From positions 12,400,001 to 12,464,000 of the forward strand of contig NC_086383.1 of the NCBI RefSeq assembly GCF_036588685.1: a stretch of 64,000 bases of DNA, written 5' to 3'. A program made the position numbers and the translations under genes. The notes below the pieces were generated by a model. That model did no database searches and was not told where the DNA came from. It saw only the letters and a program-made list of their open reading frames with translations. Positions 23,031 to 36,800 of the stretch are shown one piece after another; position 1 is the first letter of the stretch, and each line of letters opens with the position of its first letter. This stretch comes from Mytilus trossulus (taxonomy: Eukaryota).

Positions 23031-24605
23031 TTGAAAAGAAACTCGTATGAAATGGGTACGTATAACATAGTAAAACTCATTAAAAATACCAGGCTTCTTA
23101 AAACACAGAATAAGGTGGCCTTAGCCCTCAATTGGGTGACAGTCACATAGTTTTATCTTATTGACAAAAATATGTCAGAAACACCAAGACTTAATAAGCA
23201 AAAAATTGCAAAATTTGGGTACAGCTAACCATTTTTGTTTTATAAAAGTGCTATAAATAAAGTTAGAGAAGATACCATGACGACATTTTAAACACAAATT
23301 TCGAATGGAAAATGACAACAATACGTCAAAAAGAAGGAAAGACAATAAGATCAAAAAAATATCTCTTCATAGAAAATTTTAAAAAGTCAAAACGAACCGT
23401 ATCAATAAAACCAGAATTATCTTAGGTTCTTTGGAAGGGTATTACAATTTTTTGAAGACATTAAAAAATATAATCAGGTTAGACTGTCCCTTTTAACTTT
23501 CTCCAAATAATTTTAAAGAAATCTGCATTCATAACTATCATGTGATTGCTAAGGTAGCTCTTATTGGTTTATCTTTTGTCTAGAAGTAAAAAGTTGGATA
23601 AGAGTGGCACAATCTTTAACTAGTGTTAAACATAATATGTATCGTTTGGATAAACTGATCGATATCAAAGCACACAGAAAGTAACAAATATTCCTTCCGT
23701 CCAGTATCTACAGTAAAAATAATTCAAACGGAAAGTCCTTAAACTCAATAGCTTAATCAGATAAGACGAATGGAAAGAATGTCATATTTGTGATTTGAAA
23801 CAAGCATTTCCTTATGTCAAAAATTGTGAGTTAAAGCTGGGTTTATGGCTAGCTAAACCTCTCACTTGTAAAATAGCATTATTTTGGCAACAATGTATAA
23901 GAAACACAAAAATACAATGTACATAATATGTAAAAACGAAAAAATTGAAGAACAGCATTCTACATTGTTTATAATCTTTATCACTATAAACACAAGCAAC
24001 AATGAAAAATAGTATGGCATGTTCAATCTGTAAACACAGCAAATACGCAAAAATGAAAGACGAACATACGAAAAATGATCAACGTGAAAGCACAACAACA
24101 CTATGGCGAGATGGTTAAATACCGAGCCACGCCAAAAGATTATTACCACAAATAGACTTAAAGTAGAACTGTTATATCAAACTTAACTCGTTGTCTCTTC
24201 TTGTGTTGCTACATAACTCAAATCAATCTGAAAATAAACAATTAACACTGAAATAAGTGTATATCAATTGTGAACTGTTTGTGCAGTCAGATAATTGAAA
24301 CATTTTTCGAAATCTACTTTGAATATGTGCATTAAAAGAGCATGCTTTGTTTAATTACTAGCTTTTTGTTGAGTAATATCACCATAAGTCTTTATTGAAT
24401 TTGCAATTTTCCAATAATTGTTTAGAATTTATCTTTGTTTTAATAAAAAGAAATTCATGACATCTGAAGCGTTTTATCCTGTCAAGCACTTCAGACAAAA
24501 CTTCCCATTTGATTGCATATAAGATTAAAGCTATCACTGGAATGATGAACAATCTTTACGAATCATTTTACGAATGGATAGCAACTGTAAGGTACAGGCA
24601 TCTTC

Positions 24606-24859
24606 TTACGTAGAAAAGAATAAAGATTTAGAATATACTAACGGTCTTTCGCATATGAAGCGATAATCAAATGAACATTTGTCATCATTCCATTCATTAT
24701 CTAACTCGTCATCAATGGTCAGACAGTTTTCGTTTCCATCTTGATTATTTGGTTCGTGTACAGTACGTGTATGCCAATCAGTTACTGTAAACCTTTGTCC
24801 ACTAGTTGTCCATAACCACACACCTTCATTTGCCTGATCTGATCCACCTAGCCAAAAAG
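24606..24859 (-). CDS. C-type lectin domain exon 3 (terminal)
   Basis: FWLGGSD...EPN...ENC...WNDDKC...FICE; polypyrimidine-cag acceptor at 24860. Confidence 0.9.
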
Positions 24860-27800
24860 CTGAAAAAAATGAATAGTTAGTAATCAAAAGTACCAGGATT
24901 ATAATTGATAAACAACGTGTTATTCAAGAAAAAACTTTTTATTAAAAGTCATATACAACATATCCAAATTAAACTGCACGCCTCAAATACGTCAAACACC
25001 ATTATTTTCCAAAAGTATACACATTGAAGAGATTCAACATGGTCAAAAGTGATATATGTCAGGGGATTTTTAAAATTGCTGTTAGTGATTTTCCTCATTT
25101 TCCACATTTCATTCTGGTTGACCTACTTTGAAGAACATATTATTTTGAATTTATTTGTAATTTGTATGTACATCATATCTTAAATATTGTCAAATGAGTG
25201 TTGAAGAAAACTAAGAATCAGTCAATTTAAACTTAAATCCACCACTAGGCTTAAATGTAGGTCAAATATTTTTTTATCTTTTTAACATATTTTCAGTCAG
25301 AAATAAGTATGACATATGATCAGCATAAACACCAATACTGCAACCTGATTTCGATTCAAATAACGCTTAAGATTTCAATCAATTATCAATCACTCGAAAT
25401 TGTTTGAAAAATAGATCGAAACTAATGTAACTTGTTTATAAAATTGAGACTAAATATTTACTGTGAGTCTAAATATACCATGTGATATTAAGATGAGATT
25501 GAGTCTTCGAAATAAGTAGTATTTGATGATAATTGATCTGTTTGAAAAACAATTCTGATGTTTTGAAATCTCACTGACCATCGGAAACAAAAAAGATTTG
25601 TATTTTGTTGGGCAGGGATGTTAGAATGTAGAGTCCCATGGTCAGTGAGTTTTCACACGATTGATCGTTCTCTGTATTGTTTCTATAATATTATGTTCCA
25701 CATATTGTAAGTAGAATTTAGAGAATAAAAATAGAAACGTTTGTTTTTATATGGGCTGAGGCTACGTAGAAAGTGTGAGCTAACTTTCTTTGACCCGGCT
25801 ATGTTTTTACACTGGCGGTTGCGATTGATGGTATCTATATAATTTGTATGAGTCTGTATGATTAATGCGACGTTTGTTACAAAGTTGGAAAGGACGTGTT
25901 ATAAGTACATTCTAGTTGTTTGTGTTAGCTTTCACTTCCTCTCCCTCCTTCTAGTAGTAGTTTTGTACGCTTGATACTTATGTAATTATATAACATGTTG
26001 ACATTGATACATATGTTTGATCTTTATTGGATTTTTTTATACTTTCATTATATAAAATGTATTCGATCTTTCGCACAACCTCGTTTGTTGTTTAATTTAG
26101 CTAGTTTAGAAAGTATTTATTTTAGTACGAATGAAATGAGGCACATGTAGAAAATAACATACTTTTGGTAGATCTACTTGATAAATTTATTTATTTCCAT
26201 GTAGATTCATGTTTCAATTTATTTATCAAAGTTGCTCAACTCACACCATTATACGATCGCAAACTAACAGTTCAAAATTAGGTGCCCAAAAAGACCAATA
26301 TCGGCATTTTTTTTGTTTCCAGAGTATAACTTGTGGAACGGTGAATGGATTTCTCTCTAATTTTGTAATAAATAAATATCTAAAAACTGCAATTTTCCAA
26401 TGGTAGGTACATACTTTTTCCATATCTATTGGCGTTTGTCCTAAGAAATGTCATCTCACTTGTTGTTGTTACTTCTGCAAGCATACTACTACGCTGTTGA
26501 CAATAAGACTGGAAAGTAAAATTGGTATAAATTTAAACCGCGATAATGGTTAATAACTGTTTAATTCATTGCATTCAGTAGCAAAAAATAAACCTGGTTT
26601 TTACAGGGGGAAAAATGATAATAACATTTGCCTCGTTTAATGATTTCTTGATTGACAAAATATTTGTTACGTTCGGAGGACGTGTTTTTCAACAGACTGT
26701 CGGCATTCCAATGGGCAAAAAACTGTGCCCCTTTAATTGGCGACTAGTTTCTTTATTATTATGAGGCTGACTCCATGCAAGCACTTCTTAGGAAGAAAGA
26801 TAAGAAGTTAGCAATATCCTGTAACTCTATTTTCCTCTATATAGATGATGTTCTTTCACTAAACAATTCAAAATTTGATGACTATGTGGAACGCATCTAC
26901 TAGGATACGAGAGATACAGTTAATTCGGCTTCATATCTTGACTTACATCTAGGAATTGACAATGAGGGTCGGTTGAAAACAAAACTTTACGACAAAAGGG
27001 ATGAGTTCAGCTTCCCAACTGTGAACTTTCCATTTCTAGGTAGCAACATTCAAGCAGTAAATGCATACAGGGTATATATCTTCCAAATGATACGATATTC
27101 CCGTGCTTGCATTTCCTATTATGATTTTCTTGATAGAGGGTTGCTACTCAAAAGGATGCTATTAAACCAAGAGTTCGAAATGGTAAAGTTTAAATCATCC
27201 CTTCGTATATTTTACGTACGCCATCACGAGTTGGTTGACCGTTATGGAATAAGCGTTTCACAAATGATATCGGATATGTTCCTTACGTCGTAACTACAAT
27301 CCTCTTCCCTTTCATGAAGGTGACCTACTGAATTAGACTATTTACCGGATTTGTAATCACATAAGCAACACGACGGCTGCCACATGTTGAGCAGGATCTG
27401 CTTACGCTTCCGGAGCACCTGAGATCACCCCTAGTTTTTGGTGGGGTTCGTGTTGTTTATTCTTTAGTTTTCCATTTTGTGTCATGTGTACTATTGTTTT
27501 TCTGTTTGTCTTTTTCATTTTTAGCCATGGCGTTGTCAGTTTGTTTTAGATTTATGAGTTTGACTGTCCCTTTGGTATCTTTCGTCCTTCTTTTAATGAC
27601 GTTTCTTTTCATCGAATCAACATTTTGAAGATTTGCATCGTCCTTCCATCTTTTTATAAAGATATGGACCTACCATTAAAAAGTGTCAAATATAGCTGAG
27701 AAAAATTCAGGGTGTTCATAAACACACGAAGACTGCAGTTTACTGCGTTTGTACACCACACTTCGGCTGAAGGGATTCTAAGCAAAGCTATTAGCCTGCT

Positions 27801-30800
27801 TATATTCGAATGCGTTATTATTTTGTTATGTGCAATATAATAGAACATTAGTATTTTATCAAATTCTGTGAAAAGAATATAGATAAACAAGATAATTAAT
27901 TTCTTTATATTGGAATTTAATTAACAAGATACATGTTCTCTTGTCGTTTCGTTTAATATTTGAACAGAACTTGTGGACACAATTGTGTTCAAACCATCTT
28001 ACTTTACGACATCAGCCTGTTGAGAATGGTTATATTATATACAAGGTAAGTTGAATCTTTAAAAAACAATGTATTAATTCTTTTAAAAAAGTTATGAAAA
28101 CAGAGATAGAGGATGATAAGGTGAAAATGTCCAATTAACGGATATTGTATCATATAATTCTTCAACGGTAAATAACTTTTTTTTCTACAACCGTATGCAT
28201 TTAAACCAGTTTCGACCAGTTAATTATATTTTGATAAACCATACGTTGATTTTGGACAGTAACATTTTTTTTTATATCAAAGAAAAAGTAAATTACATCT
28301 GCTTTATCGTGTTGGTAATAAAAGTAATCGACTCTCAATGGTAAAAGAGAGACGAACGATACACAAGGGACAGTCAAACTCGAAAATAAACTGACAACGT
28401 CATGGCTAACAATAAAAAGGACAAACAGTAAAACAATAGTACACATGACACACCATAGAAAACTACAGAATAAACAACATGAACCCACCAAAAACTAGGG
28501 TGATCACAGGTGCTCCGGAAGAGTAAGCAGATCCTGCTCGTCGTGTTGCTTATGAGATAACAAATCCGGTAAAAAGTCTAAATCGGTAGGTCACATTTAT
28601 TAAAGGGAAGGAGATTGTAGTTACGACGTAAGGAGCATATCCGATATCATATGTGAATTGGTTATTCCATAACGGTCAACCAACTCGTGATGACGTCCGT
28701 AAAATTAACGAAGAGATGATTTTAACTTCACCATTTAGAACTCTTGATTTAATAGCTTCCTTGTGAGCAACAACCTTCTATCAAGAAAATCATGATATAA
28801 AATGCAAGCACGGGAATACCGTATCAATAGGGAGATATATACACCGTATGCATGTTGTAATGATATTGTAATTATTATGTTTATTTATGTTGGCCTAATT
28901 TATGTTGTATGGCCTGATAGTTGTTTACCAAATAATCTTGTAACTGTGCAGTTTAGGAATCACTGGAACAATCACAGAATGATTAGAACTTTCTAGAATG
29001 ATCCTTATAAAAGATGCGTAATTTAAACTTCTACATTATTCCAGAAACTTCCGTTGTAACTTTCCAGGATTTTCCACAATGTTCCGTTCTAGCGTGTTCT
29101 AGAATAATCCGTCACAACTATATATATACAGACACTAAAGTTAAACTCTCATAATTAAACTTGGACATAGACATTGATAGACATTAGTATTCACAGCATT
29201 TGGATTGACACTTTTATTCTACAAACAACATCATACTGGATTGTTACCTTAGTAGTGAACATAATATTCAGATTGGATTCCGAAAGATTTCCGGATACAG
29301 ATAAAGATAAAAGATTGGACTCATATTTGACAGTTAAGTTGACAGTTATATTTGTGTAAAACTTCTTGTAAACTTTTGTATAATAAATATTGTTAAATTT
29401 TACTATTTATTTGTGTCTTTTGTTGGCTACAATTTAAAGGCGATTTCTGGCCGTAACAGAAATTGGGGGCTCGTCCGGGAGACTGAACATATTTTATTCA
29501 AAATTTGTTTAATATTTTTATTATAACTAGCCAACAAAATTCTACAAAATGGCATTTGATGCTGGTAAATTTTTGAAAACGCCAGACCTGGAGAGTTTTG
29601 ATAATTTAAAGAAAGAGGAATTAGTGTTGCTTGCTAAACAACTGAAATTAGCTTTTAAAGTATCTATGAGAAAACAAATTATAAAAAATTTGGTTATAGA
29701 CAAACTAGTTGACGCAGAAATTTTAGGTGAAGAGGCTCTTGAACTTAAGGTCGAAAATGTTGACGCCTTTAAATTAAAACAGCTTGAATTAGAACATGAA
29801 CTTAGATTAAAAGAACTGGAAATGAAGGAAAGATTGGAAATGGATAAACAAGAAAAAGAAAAAGAAGATGAATTCAAATTAAAACAAGATGAACTTAAAT
29901 TAAAACAGGCAGAACTTGAAATGAGGGAAAGGCTAGAGATGGAAAAACTGAAAATTGAAATGGTCAAAGAAGAAAGCAACACTAAAGTCCAGCCAAAATC
30001 AGATTATTTTGATGCAGCAAAAAATATACGTTTGGTACCAAAATTTTGTGAAAAAACAGTCGACAAATATTTTTCACAGTTTGAGAAAATTGCTAATAAT
30101 TTGAAATGGCCAATGCCGTATTGGACTACGATGCTGCAAAGTGTTTTTGAGGGTAAGGCAGCTGAAATATACTCCGCACTTCCATCAGAAAAAAGTTCTG
30201 ATTATGACACTGTGAAACAGGAAGTTTTGAAAGCCTATGAGCTAGTACCAGAAGCATATAGACAGAAATTTAGATCTTATAAAAAGTTTGATTCGCAAAC
30301 CTATGTGGAATTTGCTCGGGAAAAAGAAGATCTATTTGATAAATGGCTTACTTCAAAGAAAACAAATAACAATTTTGATCACCTAAGACAATTGATGTTA
30401 TTAGAAGAGTTCAAACAATGTGTTCATTCAGAATTAAAAACACATTTAGACGACAAAACTGTTGAGTCAATACATGATGCAGCTGTTATATCAGATAATT
30501 ATACTCTTTCACACAAAAGAAGTTTCAAGGGTCAAAATTATAATACTTCCAGTGGAAATTACAAAAATCAAAGCACTGAGCGTACTGATAGTAAGCCTGT
30601 TGCACAGAATAAGAGTCAGTCCAGTTATAATATGTCTAGTCAAAAATTTGATACTTTTGAGAAGAAGTCACTGATTTGTGCTTATTGTAAGAAGAATGGT
30701 CACCTGATGGCTGATTGTTTTAGACTCCAGAAGAAGAATGAACGAGATAATAAGCCAAAGACCAGTGCTTGTACGACACCTTATATTACCAGTACATTGG

Positions 30801-33800
30801 AATGTCCTGCGCGTCAGGCTTTTAAGTCCAGTTTTTGTGATTACATGGAGGAATATAAACCCTTTATGTCTGATGGGTTTGTTTCTATTGTTGATGATAC
30901 CACTCTTCAGCCTATTAAGATTTTACGGGACACTGGAGCTTCTCAGTCTTTATTGTTAGAAGGTGTGTTGCCTTTGTCTGAGAAGACTTCTGTTGGTGTC
31001 TCCGTTTTGTTACAAGGTGTAGAGTTAGGTTGTATAGATGTTCCTCTCCATCGAATTTATCTGAAGTCAGATTTGGTAACTGGACCAGTTGTTGTAGGTG
31101 TTCGTCCTAATCTCCCTGTTGAGGGTGTTACATTATTGCTAGGAAATGATCTAGCTAGGAACAAAGTGGTTGCTGAACCAATTGTTAGCAGTGAACCGGT
31201 GGTGGATGCCAAATCACCTGAAGATGATGCTGAATTGTATCCAGCTTGTGTTGTTACTAGGGCGATGGCTAGAAAACAACAAGATGATAATTTGAAAGAA
31301 GACAAATTTGATTACATGGACCTTTCTGACACTTTTATAGCTGATATTGCAGATCCTAGTAAATCAGAAAAGGCCATTATAAAACCACCTAGTGTTAACA
31401 AGAATGTTATTATGCCATGGCCAGACGTTAACAGCCATTCATTAGACCGAAAGAATTTATCTGAAGAACAACATAAAGACCCTGAGGTTCTCCAGCTCAG
31501 CCTGAGAGCTCAACCACAGGACGAAGCAGACAAAGTGGCCGAATGCTATTACCATCAGGACGGCATTTTAATGAGGAAGTGGAGGCCTCCTGATGCTACC
31601 CCAGAGGAGGAATGGAGAGTGGTGTACCAAGTGGTGGTGCCTAAAGTTTATAGGCAAGAAATTATTGGTCTTGCCCATGACACCCCCTTGGCTGGACACT
31701 TAGGTATCAGGAAGACTAGCCTTAAGATCTTGCAGCATTTCTACTGGCCTAAACTTAGAAATGATGTTGCAGAATACTGCAAATCATGTCATATATGCCA
31801 GGTTGTTGGTAAACCTAACCAGAAAATACCACCAGCACCACTTCTGCCTATTCCAGCCTTTGAGGAACCTTTCAGCAGAGTTCTAATAGACTGTGTTGGA
31901 CCTTTACCAAAGACCAAGACTGGAAATGCATATTTATTGACAATCATGTGTACATCTACCCGCTTTCCTGAAGCTATTCCGCTCAGAAATATCAAGACAC
32001 CTACTATCGTCAAAGCTTTGATCAAATTTTTCACATTAGTAGGACTTCCTAAGTCTATACAGTCCGACCAGGGATCAAATTTCATGTCAGGTTTATTTCA
32101 GCAAGTCGTGTACCAGTTAGGGATTGCTCAGTACAGATCAAGTGCTTACCATCCAGAATCTCAAGGTGCCTTAGAACGTTTTCATCAAACATTGAAGAAC
32201 ATGATTAGAACTTTTTGTCTTCAATTTGACAGAGACTTGGATGATGGAGTTCATTTTCTACTTTTTGCGGTCCGAGAGGCTGTTCAAGAATCCCTTGGAT
32301 TTAGTCCCTTTGAATTGGTATTTGGTCATACTGTAAGAGGACCGTTAAAATTGATTAAGGAAAAGTGGCTTACTGAACATACTGACTTGAATCTTTTAGA
32401 CTATGTATCTAGATTTAAAGAAAAACTGTATACTGCTTGTCAAATTGCTCAGAAAAACTTGAAAAATGTACAAAACAAGATGAAAATATGGTATGATAAA
32501 GATGCCAGGGACAGAGTTTTTGAGCCTGGTGATAAGGTACTTGTGTTTTTGCCAGTCCCTGGACATCCTTTACAGGCTAAATATTGTGGTCCTTATACAA
32601 TAGAGAGTAAAATTAATGATTTGAATTATATTGTAAAAACTCCAGGTCGGCGCAAACAAAATAGAGTGTGTCATATTAATATGTTAAAACCATATTTTGA
32701 GCGTACTAATGTACTATGTGATAGTAAACCAGTTGCCACTTTAGGCATGGTTAAATTTGAGAACAATCATGACAAACCAGATGTAATTGAACCAACTTTT
32801 AGTTGTAAATCTATGGAAGAGACAGTTAGATTGAAAAATTCAGAAATTTTGTCAAATTTAGATTCAAAACTTGCACATCTGTCTTTTGATCGTAGAGAAG
32901 AAATAAAAACTTTTGTATTTTCTTTTAAAAATCTTTTTCCAGATGTGCCAAACAAAACCACTGCTGTTTGTCATGATGTTGATGTCGGAGATGCTTCTCC
33001 AATTAAGCAACATCCTTACAGGCTCAATCCACTCAAACTTGAAGTTATGAGAAAAGAAATTAAATATATGCTTGACAATAATATTATTGAGCCGAGTAAC
33101 AGTGAATGGAGCTCTCCTTGTCTCCTTGTGCCAAAACCAGATAAAACCTTTCGTTTCGTGACTGATTTCAGAAAAGTAAATTTAGTCTCAAAATCTGATT
33201 CCTATCCGATTCCAAGGATAGACGATTGTATTGACAATATTGGTCAAGCAAAATTTGTGAGCAAATTTGATTTATTGAAAGGTTATTGGCAAGTACCATT
33301 GACACAGAGAGCTCGTGAAATATCAGCTTTTGTTACACCAGATGGCTTATTTCAATATACTGTAATGCCGTTTGGCATGAAAAGTGCTCCAGCTACATTT
33401 CAAAGAATGATCAATAATGTTATAAAAGATTTAGACTGTTGTTATGCTTATATTGATGATCTTATTGTATGTAGTGATAGCTGGGAACAGCATTTAACAC
33501 ATTTGTATAATACTTTTGATAGATTGTCAAAATCAAATTTGACTGTTAATCTTGGTAAAAGTGAATTTTGTCAGGCCACTGTTGATTATTTAGGGCATAC
33601 AGTTGGCCAAGGTCAAGTAAAACCTATAATGGCTAAAGTGGAAGCTATTTCCAAATTTCCTCCTCCTACAAATAGAAAACAACTTATGAGATATTTAGGC
33701 ATGATTGGATTTTACAGGAAATTTTGTTCAAATTTTGCTACTGTTGTTCAACCATTGACTCATCTTTTACGAAAAGACTCTAAATTTATCTGGAGTGAAA

Positions 33801-36800
33801 ATTGTCAAAAAGCTTTTGAAAATAGCAAATCACTTTTAATTAATAGTCCAGTTCTGATTACTCCAGACTTTGAAAAACAATTTAAACTTGCCGTTGATGC
33901 AAGCGATGTAGGAATAGGAGCTGTTTTATATCAAGAGACAGATGATAATGTTGAAAAACCTATATCATATTTTTCTAAGAAATTAGATAAACATCAGAAA
34001 AATTATTCAACTATTGAAAAAGAGTGTTTTGCAATGTTGTCAGCACTTCAACATTTTGATGTATATTTGAATCCCACTGTATATCCTATTCTTGTTTATA
34101 CTGATCATAATCCTCTCACCTTCATGCATAAAATGAGAAACAAGAATCAGAGGTTGACTAGGTGGAGTTTATTGTTACAGGAATATGATGTAATTGTAAA
34201 ACATATTAAGGGTAAAGATAATGTAATAGCTGATGCTTTATCTAGAGCTTATTAAATCACTTTGTATATATTATGTATTTTTGTTCATATTATTCATGAT
34301 AAGTTTTTGTTACACTAAAACTTCTTTTAAGGGGGGAGGTGTAATGATATTGTAATTATTATGTTTATTTATGTTGGCCTAATTTATGTTGTATGGCCTG
34401 ATAGTTGTTTACCAAATAATCTTGTAACTGTGCAGTTTAGGAATCACTGGAACAATCACAGAATGATTAGAACTTTCTAGAATGATCCTTATAAAAGATG
34501 CGTAATTTAAACTTCTACATTATTCCAGAAACTTCCGTTGTAACTTTCCAGGATTTTCCACAATGTTCCGTTCTAGCGTGTTCTAGAATAATCCGTCACA
34601 ACTATATATATACAGACACTAAAGTTAAACTCTCATAATTAAACTTGGACATAGACATTGATAGACATTAGTATTCACAGCATTTGGATTGACACTTTTA
34701 TTCTACAAACAACATCATACTAGATTGTTACCTTAGTAGTGAACATAATATTCAGATTGGATTCCGAAAGATTTCCGGATACAGATAAAGATAAAAGATT
34801 GGACTCATATTTGACAGTTAAGTTGACAGTTATATTTGTGTAAAACTTCTTGTAAACTTTTGTATAATAAATATTGTTAAATTTTACTATTTATTTGTGT
34901 CTTTTGTTGGCTACAATTTAAAGGCGATTTCTGGCCGTAACAATGTGCTGCTGGAATGTTGCTACTTAGAAATAGAAAGTTAACAATTGGAAAGCTGAAA
35001 CCATCTCTTTTGTCGTAAAGTTTTGTTTTCAATCGACCCTAATTGTCAATTTCTAGATATTAGGCCGACTTAACTGTATCTATTGTGTCCTTTATCTTTA
35101 GTTCAATGTGATAGATACGTTCGACAAAGTCACCAATTTTGATTAATTCAGTGAAAGAACATCATCTTTATAGCGGAAAGTAGAGTTAAAGGATATTGCG
35201 AACTTCTTATCTATCTTCCTAAGAGGTTCCTGTATGAAGCGAGCCTCATAATAATAAAAATACAAGTCGGCAAGAAGAGGGCACAATTCAAGTTTCAAAA
35301 TGCTCGCGGAATTGAAAATGAGGCACGATTAATTAATATCAGACATCTTTGAATGTCGAAAAACAAATAAACATATACAGTGATAGCAAAATTCATGTAA
35401 GGTCAACTTTGCCTGAGGGAATTTAACCTAAGTAAGAAACCTCACTTTTGAAACTATGTATTTCGCCTATCTCGAGGAAATAAATATAAACAAATGTATG
35501 CGTGGTATGATTTATTAGTATTTAAATAATTCTTTGGAACGTCCATATACTACTGTATTTTATTGATATTTTATAATTCTATTATTTATTTATGAAAATT
35601 TAAACATTAAGTATTAAAGCCAATGAAAAAATGAGATTATCATCTGTTTAGCCAGAGTGAACTTTTCTTTAAAGACATGAGCTTCTCAATTTTACATGCA
35701 GAATATTTTTATTTTCATAATCGGTATTCACGCCTGTAATTGATCTAAGATTATATGTTTTTCGTGATTTAACACAAAATAACACACTCTCTCACCCAAG
35801 ACCAAAACATTTTGCTGTTTGTTTTGCTGAATGGCTGAAATTAATCTCTATTGACGCCTAGTAGCAAAGCTGCCGTTTGAGAGAATAAATTATGGTTGCG
35901 CTTCACCTTTTTCATCTTTGTTATAAATAAGAAAATGTCAATGAATAAAAATCCGTTCCCCGGAATATATATGTAGGACTCAAATCTATGGTGGGTTCCA
36001 AATCTATGGCAGATCCTGATCTATGGTAAATTTGACGTCATGCCATCCTAAATCTATATAGCAAGTATTGTAATTTCCTAATCTATGGCGGATTAATGTT
36101 GTTTCCAAATCTATGACAAGTTTTGTGGAAATGGAAAACAATGTAGTACATTTTCGACCAATTACTTGTCTTAAGCAAGTGGAAATACACGACAACGGTA
36201 GCATATCTATAAACATTTGTGAAATATACGTTCCATAATGGTCAATCCAAAAAAAATCATAGAGGAAAAAATTATATGCCTTGATACAGACTTCAAGATT
36301 AAAATTATGTGCTCTTTAAAAAATAAGCATTTTTTAATCTGTGCATGGTAACTGTTTAACCAATTCATTAAATCAACTATTTAGACATCTAAAAAACAAG
36401 AAGGCCGCCCATTCAAGTAACAATTTCTAAAAGTAAACCATTATTATAGGTCAAGGTACGGCCTTCAACACGGAACCCTGACTCACACCGAACAGCAAGC
36501 TATAAAGGGCCCCAAAAACTCTTTTTTCTAAAATATGCGGTACTGAAAATAGCGGTGTTAAAATTCAGCGCGGCATTGACCCAGTACAGCACATTTTGTC
36601 CATCTTCGGGATAATATGTCACATTTTCCTTTAAACTACCCGCAATTTGTTGTCAGTGAAATATCTTTATCTTGAATGGTGTTCAAAACTATTGGTTCCG
36701 CCATCGTTAGCGGCGGCGAAGATGAAATATGGCGTTATTTAATTGTGACGTTATATGTTACTCTTCCCCCAAAATCTGCCATAGATTTGGAGAAAACAAA

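Larger units (their letters stand above)
28856..34942 (+). mobile_element. Full-length Gmr1-like Ty3/Gypsy LTR retrotransposon
   Basis: 603-bp TG..CA LTRs, 4-bp TSD ATGT, PBS, PPT and a single intact gag-pol ORF. Confidence 0.96.
28343..35288 (-). mobile_element. Penelope-like 3' fragment split by the Gypsy insertion (28343-28855 and 34947-35288)
   Basis: Reverse complement of the 26626 element; continuous across the ATGT TSD. Confidence 0.8.

Noticed and set aside
26973-27293. 106-aa ORF as a host gene
   Set aside because: C-terminal part of a frameshifted Penelope-like RT.
27673-27778. AG..GT-bounded segment as a possible lectin exon
   Set aside because: Its open frame has incompatible phases and no CTLD motifs; 37244-37335 fits exactly instead.
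29542-29982. Antisense or alternate-frame ORFs over gag-pol and TRIM genes (also 31057, 31789, 56667, 61319)
   Set aside because: Shadows of real coding sequence with no independent features.
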